Assembly (NCBI GenBank): GCA_002269645.1
Contig: NIVC01002519.1
Coordinates: 1 to 64,000, forward strand
Direction: 5' to 3'
DNA length: 64,000 nt
Source of the DNA: Macrostomum lignano
Taxonomy: Eukaryota
The translations under genes and the position numbers were made by a program. Shown here piece after piece: positions 41,560-53,273 of the stretch (the first letter of the stretch is position 1; each line of letters opens with the position of its first letter). Below the pieces are notes generated by a model. It was not told the DNA's origin. It did no database searches and saw nothing but the letters and a program-made list of their open reading frames with translations.

Positions 41560-42555
41560 AGGTGGTCAGGTGGGGGCGGGTATGAAAAATAATTTTTTTA
41601 GGTTCGGTGTAGTCGGTTTTTAATGTTTGAATTGCCGCCTGCGTTGTCTGGGCACTCGTAAAGCCGGAAAATTTCTCGAGTTGATGCACTGATTCTTCTC
41701 CTTGGTTACTCCGTCTGCCGGGGTCCTCAATTCCGGGGGGAGGGTAGTTTTAATTGCAGTCGAGCGGTCTTTTAGCGGCACGGTCGTTCAAATTGGGTCC
41801 TCAGACACAAAAATTCATGATCTGTCGATATACTCAATATGTTACTATCAGTAGTAAAGTTGCACTGCCACCACCGTAATTTCGTATTACGGAACGATAA
41901 GGGTCTCAGAGCATTCTCTGAGTTGAGACTAATTGGCTATTTTACGCCCCGCGGGCAAATGACTCAATATAGACTATTAAAGGCTTCGATTAAGTACAAC
42001 TGAATAATTATTAGATGCAGGTTATTATTATTATTATGGTCGCAAGGTAATTGTTAAAGCAAAATATGTTTATTAGGGATATTGAAATATAGGTTATTAA
42101 GCTGACTATGACGGGGTGATTCGGCGTGCCGAGAGTTGCTCAGACTAAGTTAAATTTCTGCGGTAAGCACAATATCAAACAAATGAACTTAACTCCACAA
42201 AAGACAAAACACACGGGAGAAGTAGGGAAGAAGGGAAGAAACACCAATACAAAAAAACGCGCGCGTAAAAAGAGAGAGCGACAGGCAAACGGTTATATAC
42301 ATCAAAATTCGCTTACTTCATTTAAAAAGAGGGGAACAAAGAGGGGAACACCGGGTGGGGCACAAGCTGGAAAAGGGGGGCAAACCCGAGAAAACACATT
42401 TAAACAAGGGCGGGACCAAGGGAAGGAGCAGCAGGGGGAACAAGGTGGTAACAACCAAGGGAAAGTTAATAATCCTTCAAGGGAGCCGTCGGTGATGTCA
42501 ACTGTCACTCCTCCGGAGGGAGACGTTGCGCTGTCGCCAACCGCTGCCTGAACCC
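41560..42555 (-). repeat. Structured repeat copy 3 (41560-42020, inverted) with an upstream pyrimidine-rich segment
   Basis: The reverse complement is colinear with copies 1 and 2. Perfect hairpins CCGTAAT-TTCGT-ATTACGG (41874-41892) and CTCAGAG-CATT-CTCTGAG (41905-41922). Confidence 0.75.
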
Positions 42556-43242
42556 CAGTGGTAGACCGGCCTACCACTCTTCCGCAATGACCATTTCGTC
42601 TAAAGCTGACCATTTCAGCGAAAAATCTATTCCAAGCTTCGCTGAAGAGTTTTTTGTTTTAGAAGAAAATTTAAAAAAATACGAACTTTACAAAGACTAG
42701 GTTTTATCGTGACACGTTTTTGTTTTGTCGCAGTTTAATTTAGTTGTTTTATTAGATGCCCTTTCCGTTACGGCGGAATTTCAAAGTACGATTTTGTAAA
42801 ATAACTTATAATGTGACGAATAAGGCGAATAAAGACGGATTTGTGTAGCGGTTAATTTAGATAGTTCACGATTAATTAGCAGATCGGCAAGCCGCTTCAA
42901 CCCTTAGACTTTTGCTAGTGCTACTTTAAATTGCTGGGTCAGTTAATTAACTAATTGGTATGCCAAGGTAGACGGCGGAAGAGTTGGTGTAAAGAGGCCA
43001 GCAGACAGCGTCACAGCTAAGGGTAGCAAGCCTAGGTCGAGAAGCAAAGCAAGGGGAAGGGCGAGAGCGGCTGCTGACTGCAGTGTAAGCATATATTTAA
43101 AGGTAAACAGATAACAACAACACCCTTAATCCAAAACCCAGACAAACAACCCCCCACGCGGCGCGCAATGTACATGTACAAATTAATCGATAAATATATC
43201 ATGCAAGAATAACATACGTCAGTACAAGTACATAGGTAGAAC

Positions 43243-45088
43243 CACAGATACTATAAACACTAGATAGGCCACTCCAGCTAATTTTCACAACACGACAGTT
43301 TACTCTACTTTCTGCTTAGTAGTAGTAAAAACATTTTAGCGTTATTTATATTTTTTTTAAATAAAAACAGATGAATGCAATGCAGCAATTATATTGATTT
43401 TATTTGCAAAAAGAAACTTATAATTATACTTTCTACAATTCAAAGCAACGTTGTGAATGCTTTAGATTGCATTGAAGGCTATATTATTGCAGTCAACTAT
43501 TGTATATTTAGCAAATACGAGCTATATCATATACTCCATAATCCATATTCGTGTAGCAAAATAGAAAGATTTCTCATCTTAATCAGCTCATCTGTTTATG
43601 AAACTCGCAGCGTGCTGTCGAAGAACAGGGGGTCGCCAGTCGCCCTTGTTCAGAGGCAGCATTCAGCACGGCCCAACAGATTAAAAAAACTGGCGAATGC
43701 GCCTCTTCTAAGTCCAGGGATGTATCCTATGGAGAGCCAATCCTCAGTGGTTTCGTAACAGGCAGCCGATAAGCAGCAGGACTTTTGTGGTGCAGCTGCA
43801 ATGAGCTGCTGATGAGATGACATCCTTTGACCAGAGCACCCCTGACTGCGAGCGCCCTGCCGCCCAGTCGACCGCTGGAAGCTGCGCTAGCCACGCCTCC
43901 ACAGTCCATGGATGCACGACTGCGCTGCACTTGCCTTGACCATCGAGAGTTGCTGCTGCAGCCGCTTGATTTGCCTGTCGCTTTCGGGATCGTTGCTGCA
44001 GCCGCTTGATCGTTGCCTCTAGCGCTTGGAACCCGCGAATCGGCTGCAGAGGTGAGAGCTTTCAGCCGCAACAGCTGTTCTCGGCGCAGAATCTGGTAGC
44101 CGAAGGTTGCTCTGCCACAGCACTGGCAGCAGGCAAGTCGCAGGCTCGGCTGCAAATAGATTGCTAATAGGCCCCAGCACTGGAGGGTACATGTCGTCTG
44201 CCTCTTCGTCGTTTATCAGTCCTTTGCACAGAGCTGGTAGCTGGTCTATTTGAACGAGCCGAGGCAGCATCAACTCTTGGTGTGGGATTGCGTCCCAGCG
44301 AAAACAGACGTCTTGCACATCCGTGGCACTTTGTAAGGCAGCAGTAGGCCTCGTCCATAAAGTGCAAGCTGAACACACGTAGGCCCCGTGATTTAATTGT
44401 TTATAAAGGTCAATATCCACGCTCCTGCAGTAGCTGCTGCCAGCGCTTTGCCAGTGTCATCTTTTGGTAATTTATGCATTCGCAACGGATTTTCTTTCTC
44501 GGATGTTAATAGCACTAGTACAGAGCTCGTGCAAGTGGGAGCACAGCAGTGGTTCGAATCAAAACATTTCTCGAGTACGAGATTAGATAGAAAAGCTAGT
44601 ATGCACTCGAACTTTCTTTAACTCTGAATCTTGTCCTGTTCATCTATATATAAGCTTGTATTTAAGCACGATTCGCCACCCCAAATTTTCTAACCCACAA
44701 CCTCTAAACCCCCACCCCTAACCCAGGCTAGCTATTTGCAGTCCTTTATTTTCTATCCCACCACCAGTGGGCCTAAATTATCGATCCACTCACCCTTCCT
44801 TATACGAAACTGATATTAACCCTATTCCAGACTACCCCCCTTCCTCCACTTTGAAAGATAGCGGCATTGTACACTGTCTGTCGCGTCTTAATGTACACCA
44901 TTACTGCACAAAACAAGTTAGTTGTTTATGGCGTTAGCAAAACGATGTCTCAAAAACAGTCACTTGATTTGTCTAATTTAGCAAATAATACTGTTGCTTC
45001 CTTTCATTGCTACTAAGCAGAAAGTAGAATAAAAAACTTGCCCAGAAAATTAGCCTGAGTGGCCTATCTAGTGTTTATAGTATCTGTG
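43243..45088 (-). mobile_element. Non-autonomous P-superfamily DNA transposon carrying a THAP remnant
   Basis: ~85-bp TIRs starting CACAGATACTATAAACACTAGATAGGCCACT. 8-bp TSD GGTAGAAC at 43235-43242 and 45089-45096; the site is single-copy in the sister LTR. Confidence 0.85.
44283..44567 (-). pseudogene. Frameshifted THAP (C2CH) domain of a P-type transposase
   Basis: Across at least three frameshifts: HCCAPTC...RMHKLPKDD / LAKRWQQLL / GAYVCS + SLHFMDEAY / RWDAIP. These match the THAP CxxxxC, FPKD..W, VCSxHF and AVP motifs. Confidence 0.8.
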
Positions 45089-46223
45089 GGTAGAACTACT
45101 TTACGAGAAATAATAACGATATGAATGAAATACAAATAATAGAATAAATACATAAGAGGCTACAAAAAACAAAGCAATTAACAGTAAATAGCGCGATAAT
45201 AATACATACGAATATTAATATGGTAATGCAAGCAGAAAGTGCTTCTTGTTGCCATCATCTGGAGGTGAATATATAGTAATTCCCTATTGTTGCGCTATTT
45301 GATTATGATTATACTATTGTCTTCTGGTACTAAGTCAGTCTTGGTCAATATAGCAATTTCTTTTTTCATGCAACTGTCATCTGTCACGTTATTGGCGTAG
45401 CGGCCAGCTATGCGGTGACCCTTAAAAGGGCCGTTTTAGTCCCAAAATAAGTTGAAGTCAATTCTTGTAAAGCGGATTTTGTAGCGGAGCACTTGGCGAT
45501 AAAGGCAGGAACTGCCGTAGTTGTCTTTATTGTTAATATCAGTATTAAGTTTGGTTGTTACTGGCAATAAACAGACTATAGCTTTCTGGGCACTGGCGGC
45601 TGCAGCAATGGGTTGAATATAATTTGGATATGAAGTCAAGTGGCAGGCGAATGACACAATGGCGACGTGACGTGAGCAGTGGCTATGAGCACAGTGAAGG
45701 CAGTGAAACGTAGTGGTGAGTAGGCGTCGGTCGTGGCGTGAAACAGTCAAGTAAGTGTGTGAGCAGGCTGGCCCAGACAGAAGGGCCGTGGTGAGAAATA
45801 AGGAGGCTCGAGGCAGCCAGACAAACAGATAAGACAGCTAAGAGGCCGCAGGGAAGGAAACAAGGAGCAAGCGGAGAGAGAGGAGCGAGAGAGAGCGAGG
45901 GGAGAGTGGAGTGCCCGCCGCCAGGCGGGGGGTTTAATAAAAGAGCGCAGAGGGGGGTAGCGCGAACACGAGTGATTTCATTGGCTGGCGAGAGAACTTA
46001 AAATTATCGATCGTGCCAATTTTATACGGTGGCGAGAGAGGATAGCAAAATATACAATGAATTATAAATTGCCACAAAATCGTTGGGCACTACTACAAGT
46101 AAACGTCGCAATAAACGAATGGAAAAGTTTAGTTGAAGCGGTGAAACTGAAGGGTTGAATGACTATGGAAAACCAGCAGTCCAACGGCCCTTTTCGGGAC
46201 CACCTTAAACTGACAACGTCACA

Positions 46224-46237
46224 CTCGCCTCCCTTCC
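46224..46237 (-). other. Polypurine tract
   Basis: GGAAGGGAGGCGAG directly abuts the minus-strand 3' LTR. Confidence 0.8.
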
Positions 46238-47089
46238 GAAAAAGGATAGGGTCGCGCAAAAAGAAAACCAACACGCGGGGTGACGGCAAGAAAAACACAG
46301 CATGACCGCAGCAAATGAAATTACAGTAGAATGAATTACAGTGGGGTTGAGTCAGTTTGTATGAGCATATGATTACTGGAGGCTTTAGGGATTACTAACC
46401 CACAGGCTTATGAGTGGCTGAATAATCGAAGTCAAATTACAGAACAGGTGGTAGGATTACAGAAAGTTACAGAACATTACAAAGAAGAGCTAGCACGCGA
46501 GGGAAGCAGTGGAGTGAAGGTGTGTAAACGATGCAGAATGCATCCGCTGCAGGGTGCAGCCAGCCGACAAACGGCTCAACAGCTGGGCCGGTCCCGGTGG
46601 ACCGCATGGGCTCGCCCCCAATGGGACGCAGGCGCCGCCCAGACACGCGCACAGAGGCGCAAAGAAAAAAAACAGGCACAGAGAAAAGAAAGAGCGTTGA
46701 AAAACGCCTATGGCGCCCGGCTTTCGAGGTCCGGCACCGCAACAAAATGGGATGTTTCACACGCTCGCAAAAAGAAGTGAAGAGGCTGAAGGGGAATACG
46801 AAAACAAAGGAACAGACTGCAGTAAATAATGAATACAGGTAGATGAATGGTGAAAATCAAAGTCAACGTAGGTATGGCAGTGAGAATAACATTGGTTACA
46901 AAAGTAGCGCAGAGCGGAGCGCGCGGGGCACGCAAACGCACAAAAAAACGACAGGACGAACAGAGGTGACAAGACAGATGAGGCAAGGAGCACAGAACAA
47001 AGGTGACAAGACGGATGAGGCAAAAGATGCAGAGCAGAGGCACGAAACAGAGACACAGTCCGGACAACTGCGGGCAAACGACGACAAGC

Positions 47090-47690
47090 GCCAAGGGCGG
47101 CGGGACACGGCGCGGCGCGCCAAACAGGCGGGAGGGAGAAACCGGCAAGGGAGCGCCCAAGGCGGAGACAGGACGGCGCGGAGCGCCAAGGCAGAAAACG
47201 GCGCAGCGCGCCAGGCGGAGAAAGGCGCAACGCGCCAAGGCAGGAGACGGCGCAGCGCGCCAGGCGGAGAACGGCGCAAGAGCGCCAAGGCAGAGGACGG
47301 CGCAGCGCGCCAGGCAAAGGAACGGCGCCACGCGCCAAGGCAGGAAACGGCGACAGGGCGCCACGGCAGGGAACGGCGCCACGCGCCAAGGCAGAGAACG
47401 GCGCCACGCGCCAAGGCAGGAAACGGCGACAGGGCGCCACGGCAGGGAACGGCGCCACGCGCCAAGGCAGAGAACGGCGCTACGCGCCACGGCAGAGTAC
47501 GGCGCAGCGCGCCAAGGCAGAGACGGCGCAGCGCGCCAGGCGGAGACGCGCAGGGGCGCCAAGGCAGGAAACGGCGCAGCGCGCCAGGCGGAGAACAGCG
47601 CAGCGCGCCAAACAGGCAGAAGGGAGGGAACCGGCGCGGAAGCGCCCAACAGGCAGGAAGGAGAACCGGCGCGGAAGGCGGAGAACAGCG
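47090..47690. repeat. GC-rich ~20/40-bp tandem repeats inside the LTR element
   Basis: Units such as GCGCCAAGGCAG(A/G)(A/G)AACG and GCGCCAGGCGGAGAA; these generate the spurious Arg/Ala-rich ORFs. Confidence 0.9.
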
Positions 47691-48846
47691 GGGCCACAGG
47701 GACCCGTGGCCAACAGGGGCCACAGGAGGTAGTTTAACGCCTTGCCCAGGGCGTGAGCAAACTAATGCTTGCCACCCTACAGCTGGAGCAGGCCGGACAC
47801 CTGGCACGCCCGGTACCTAACGGGTGGGCAGATGGGGCGCCCATAGCTGGGTCTGGGTTCAGTGGCTGGGGCTGGTGGATTAACTGCCTGTGCGGCGACT
47901 GGGTCCGCCACAGGCTCGGGAGGCGCCATGCCGAAGTCTTCCCCGTTGCCGGACATTGTGCGAGATGAAGCTCAGGCAGGAGCCCGAGTGAGGCGAACGG
48001 AGCAACCACGAGTGAGAGTAAGGTTCCAGAGAGAACGAATTGAGGTTGACGACGCGAGAGAGACGAGAGAGATTGCGTCCTACTAACAAAATACGTGCCT
48101 GACAGGGGCAAACCGCAAAAAGCCTATAATAGGGGAGAGTCCTATCACGCAAACCACCCAGACTAACTGTCAGGCAATAGTCCCTACAAACAATCAGCGC
48201 ACAGCGTAACCTGGCGTGGCTTGGCACACGCAGCGGAGCTATCTTGGCAGAGCGTAAGCTCGAGCTCAACGCAGTTGACAGCGCGCGTTGCTCAGGGCGA
48301 CGACCAGCGACGACTCGCGGCGACGAGCGAAGACCGGCCGAGCAGTCAGGACCCCTGGGCCTGACGTGGCACAGGCTCTCGCAGCCTTGCGGACCGAACC
48401 TCAGGCGTGGCACAGGCTCTCGTAGCCTTGCGGACCGAACCTCAGGCGTGGCACAGGCTCTCGTAGCCTTGCGGACCGTCAGGCAGAAACGTGGCAGGCC
48501 GGCACTCAGTCACGAGCCGGCAGAGCTGAGCAGAATCTTGCTGACGCTTGGTTGCGAGCTGGCAGGGCTGAGCAGAAGTCTTGATGGCACTGACTTAGTT
48601 GCGAGCCGGCAGTGCTGAGTAGGAGTCTCGGTGGGACTGATTACGAGTTGGCAGCGCTGAGTAGAAGTCTTGATGGCACTGATTTAGTTGTGAGCCGGCA
48701 GTGCTGAGTAGGCGTCTCGGTGGTGCTTAGTTTCGAACGTGTTGATGTTGAGCAGAATCTCAGTGGCGCTTAGTTGCGAACCGGCAGTGCTGAGCTTGGT
48801 CTCGGTGGTGCTGACTTAGTTGCGAGCCGGCATTGCTGAGTAGGAG

Positions 48847-48863
48847 TCTCGGTGGGACCTCCA
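48847..48863 (-). other. Primer-binding site complementary to the tRNA-Gln 3' end
   Basis: Minus strand TGGAGGTCCCACCGAGA, 6 nt from the 5' LTR. The + strand TCTCGGTGGGACCTCCA equals the conserved metazoan tRNA-Gln 3' end including CCA. Confidence 0.85.
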
Positions 48864-49942
48864 AAATTATGTCACGTTATTGGCGTAGCGGCCAGCTATG
48901 CGGTGACCCTTAAAAGGGCCGTTTTAGTCCCAAAATAAGTTGAAGTCAATTCTTGTAAAGCGGATTTTGTAGCGGAGCACTTGGCGATAAAGGCAGGAAC
49001 TGCCGTAGTTGTCTTTATTGTTAATATCAGTATTAAGTTTGGTTGTTACTGGCAATAAACAGACTATAGCTTTCTGGGCACTGGCGGCTGCAGCAATGGG
49101 TTGAATATAATTTGGATATGAAGTCAAGTGGCAGGCGAATGACACAATGGCGACGTGACGTGAGCAGTGGCTATGAGCACAGTGAAGGCAGTGAAACGTA
49201 GTGGTGAGTAGGCGTCGGTCGTGGCGTGAAACAGTCAAGTAAGTGTGTGAGCAGGCTGGCCCAGACAGAAGGGCCGTGGTGAGAAATAAGGAGGCTCGAG
49301 GCAGCCAGACAAACAGATAAGACAGCTAAGAGGCCGCAGGGAAGGAAACAAGGAGCAAGCGGAGAGAGAGGAGCGAGAGAGAGCGAGGGAGAGTGGAGTG
49401 CCCGCCGCCAGGCGGGGGGGTTTAATAAAAGAGCGCAGAGGGGGGTAGCGCGAACACGAGTGATTTCATTGGCTGGCGAGAGAACTTAAAATTATCGATC
49501 GTGCCAATTTTATACGGTGGCGAGAGAGGATAGCAAAATATACAATGAATTATAAATTGCCACAAAATCGTTGGGCACTACTACAAGTAAACGTCGCAAT
49601 AAACGAATGGAAAAGTTTAGTTGAAGCGGTGAAACTGAAGGGTTGAATGACTATGGAAAACCAGCAGTCCAACGGCCCTTTTCGGGACCACCTTAAACTG
49701 ACAACGTCACACATCCTAGGGTGTGCAAGTGTACATTTTTCATTATTTGTAGCATTAAATGTCTCCTTGTGTGTTCAGCTTGTTTATAAATATAAACACA
49801 AATATACATATAATATGAATAACAATTTTTTTATTTTGGTTTCAGACAATATGAATTTCTTTATTTGATGTCACAAACATGTCATGTATATATTTCCAAC
49901 ATATTCCCATTATTAAGAGTATTTCTATTTCTCATTTCAGCC

Positions 49943-51932
49943 ATGAAGTTTATCGTGATCTTTCACGTTGACAAAGAAATAGTCGAATTGAGCGAGACTG
50001 AAGTCCTCTTAGAAAACTTCCAAAAATTCACTCTGGACAACTGGCGAAACTTTGTTGGCGAGCCTATTGCAAGGGCATACTACAATGAGCAAGTATGGGA
50101 CTGCACAATTCTTCAGGTAACTGCACGCTTTATTCCCTGAATGTTCCCATAATCATACTTGTATATGGGGGTCGTTTGGTATTTTTGATTTTCACTAAGT
50201 AATTTTGCATTTGCGCTAGGTTCTCCCTGACGACGATTATGACGCCACTGGGACGGTAAATTGGCTTCGGGCGTTCAGGCGCGAGAAGCACTGCAAAATC
50301 CAAACTCTTTTGGGACTGGTCAAACGAGTACCCGATGGCAGGAGGCAAAGATTCCTTCCTTTGGAGGTTAGCTACAAACCGTTTTTGTTGCTATAAGTGT
50401 GTATTAAAACTTCGAAAGATGTTAACCATTTGTAACCATTAGTCATTATTATTCAATCGATCTCACGAACTACGTTACTATAAGTAGCGCGCAATCGTTC
50501 TCAGAATCTGCAGACCGAGTCCGAGTCTGACTGCCAACGATCGCCCTCAAGCTTCTCACGGTCGGTTAGACTACCCCAAGCTGAGGATTCCGCCAGGGCA
50601 GTTCAACAAAGCCCAAGCTCGCTGCCGCTGTTGCCTTTGCCGGAGACAAGAAACCCATCGGCTCAGCTAGCGGTTGAAACAGCTCCACCGGAAACGCCCA
50701 AATCACTGCCCCACCATGGACAGAACGACAGGTGCAGGTCACAGCAGAGTGCGGCTGAGTTGCTCAGCCCTTCGGATCAGCCAGGAGCCTTGCGTTTCAA
50801 TGCAGCTGCAGCTGACGTCGCGTCATTGAACTTCGGTACCGGGGGGCTTGACTTGCTGAAGGCTAGAATGGAGGCTAAGCTTGGAGTCTCTCTGACATCG
50901 CCTCTCGGACTGTGCTACCTGGGGCTCCATACCCTTCGTCGGACATCAGCTTGCATGACAACAATCTCAGAATTGAAGCAGTGCATGTCGCGTGCCGCTG
51001 CTGCTGCTGCTACTACATTTGGTCCAGTTGATGCAGATGCAGAATGGAAGCCGATTGCGACCTGGCCTGACTACATTGACTTCATCAAAAATCCACCGGC
51101 TCTCGAATGGGTATGTACATCCAATAGTTTAGTGTTTGTTTTTGCAAAGTCTATTATTTCAAAAAGCCTCCGACAGCATGCTTTCACGATAGTTGGAAAA
51201 TATAATTGTCTCTGACATATTCCACATTTTATTTCATATTAATATTCCATATTTCTTCGTGACTGTCCATCTACATGTATGATAAAATTATTGGCACCCT
51301 TGCAGATGACACGGCTGCTGCTGCCCTGCAAGGCTGACGACCTTGGCAGCACCATTCGCCGAATGGTGAGGCGAATTCTGTCACCAGAGATGCTGGCCGC
51401 TGTCAATTATAACGGAAAGGGTCTTGGTGCTCTCTCTGGCTCTGAGCTTGGGGACACCGAACTTGCCTTTCGATCGGTGTTCTTGCCCAGTATTCTACGT
51501 AAGTTCAATGCGCGCGCGTGTGTGTGTGTGTGTGCATATCACATTAAATTCAATGATCGAAATTAATTACTGAGTATACTGATTCTTAATTCATTTGATT
51601 TACGTATTGATAGGTTTTAAAATCAGACGGCCTATTAGTTTTAGATCAGTTATGTTTAATAATTGTATTTTTGTGACATACTTTTAGGGACGATGAAGGC
51701 AATGTACCGCGATGCTGCTGAGCGTCCAAAAGACCGCGATGTAGAGCTTGCAGTCATTGCTGCGCTGAAGCTGGGCAAGGACGGGCGAAGTCGTGGACGT
51801 CAAGGTCCGACGGAGTCAGGCAGCCAGGCGTCGGCAGCCAGAGTTGGCACATCGCAAGACCCTCCGCCTGCCAAGGTTCGACGTTCCGTTCAGAAGGTCC
51901 CTATCATTTACGACGCTGACAGTGATGAGTGA
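49943..51932 (+). CDS. Transposon-borne DUF4806/BEN-like protein, about 454 aa. Exons 49943-50116, 50220-50366, 50505-51110, 51306-51498, 51688-51932.
   Basis: Five exons join in frame through GT-AG sites without stops. The C-terminal part LGSTIRRMVRRILSPEMLAAVNYNGKG...KDRDVELAVIAALKLGKDGRSRGR resembles the DUF4806 pattern; the domain call is from memory. Confidence 0.7.
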
Positions 51933-52574
51933 CTGGTTTGGAGTCATAACCTGTGAGCAGTACAATTTGAGATAATCAGCAGGCTAGAATGGGATATTGA
52001 TCGTATGTTGTGTCAATTTAGCTACTTAGCTTATGTGCAGTACAATCATTGGACACAGTCAGTTAGTTATTATTCAAAAATAAAGAAATGATTTATAAAA
52101 AACGTTGTTGAAGCCATCATATCATCCTATAAACAAGTAATTTAGTTTGCAATAATTGCCAATGATTACACTTATACCTAACCCTGAGACTTTAAACGCG
52201 TATGCATGCGAGAAATTTTTTTGCTTTGCTGTAATTTCATTTGACAAATATATAGATCTTTGCCAAATGTCTCAACTTTAAAATGTAACGTTTTTGGACA
52301 CATGAGTGACATGACACATTTGATTGCGAAAATTGGCTTTTTTCATACTTTATTTCACGTGGATCAGCACCTCTAACAATATTTTGACCGTTGGAATAGC
52401 GTTGATTCGCAGTTGGACTGCCGTTGGTAAACCGCCGTTGTATCAACGGATTTTCCTCCAGACACGCCCAACGGAGGGCCAACGGAGGGCAACAACGTTG
52501 AATCAACGTTGGTTTTTCCGCTGGGTTGTTAAAATAAATGAAAGAATACGGTATGCATATGAAAATAAAGAAAT

Positions 52575-53273
52575 CAAGGACGACTTAAGTAGAAGGACGG
52601 GAAACCTCGTTTCTTAGAAAAGTTTTGAAGGCACTTTTTCCCGAAAAAATACACTACGGAGATAGAAAGTTTTCATTTTTTCAGCACAAAAATTGTTATT
52701 GCGTTTGATAGGAGGCAGATACAGTGTTCATATTTTGATATGTTGTGCCTTTTTATTGCTCTATCGATATTTATAAAGCTTTTCGTTCAGGAAATTAGGA
52801 TTCTATGTTAATTTTTTATTCTTCGTATATTTTCGCGTGTCTTGTGCTTGAAATACATTAGAATGCCACGGCTCGGCTCTTTGGTTTTATGAGTCTATTT
52901 TATCATTCTTACCCGACTGTGTAGCAAATATTTGTAACAGAGATGATAAAATAGGTTCATAAAACCAAATATTGGAGCTGTGTCATACATTTTTGTGATT
53001 TTTAGATACAGGAAATATACGTAGAATCAAAAATTAACATAGAATCCTAGTTTTCTGAACGAAAAGCTTTATAAATATCGATAGAGCAATAAAAAAGGCA
53101 CAACATATCAAGAGATGAACACTGGATCTGCCTCCTATCAAACGCAATAACATTTTTTGTGCTGAAAAAAATGAAAACTTTCTTATCTCTGTAGTGTATT
53201 TTTTCGGGAAAAAGTGCCTTCAAAACTTTTCTAAGAAACGAGGTTTCCCGTCCTTCTACTTAAGTCGTCCTTG
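52575..53273. mobile_element. Foldback MITE of the P superfamily (699 bp)
   Basis: Near-palindromic, with ~330-bp arms beginning CAAGGACGACTTAAGTAGAAGG. 8-bp TSD AAAGAAAT, single-copy in the sister LTR. Confidence 0.88.

Larger units (their letters stand above)
45382..49711 (-). mobile_element. Young non-autonomous LTR retrotransposon (Ty3/gypsy-like, LARD/TRIM-type)
   Basis: 842-bp LTRs at 45382-46223 and 48870-49711, TGTCAC...GTCACA; the only differences I noticed are two G-homopolymer lengths. 4-bp TSD CATC. PBS and PPT lie on the minus strand. The 2.6-kb interior has no RT or integrase. Confidence 0.93.
45217..52525 (+). mobile_element. CMC/EnSpm-like DNA transposon with the left end and transposase missing
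   Basis: Right end ...CAACGTTGAATCAACGTTGGTTTTTCCGCTGGG with subterminal CAACG/CGTTG repeats (52380-52525). It interrupts the solo LTR at a TT that is present on both sides. No matching left TIR. Confidence 0.65.

Noticed and set aside
42556-42580. CCCAGTGG as the left TIR of the CMC-like element
   Set aside because: No matching TSD, and the sister LTR places the insertion's left junction at 45216/45217.
43800-43830. CTGATGAG, a hammerhead ribozyme core start (also on the minus strand near 63765)
   Set aside because: No stem II followed by GAAA in either case.
46708-48618. Arg/Ala-rich ORFs of 230-330 aa on both strands inside the LTR element
   Set aside because: They arise from GC-rich tandem repeats, overlap in multiple frames, and lack gag zinc-knuckle, protease, RT and integrase motifs.
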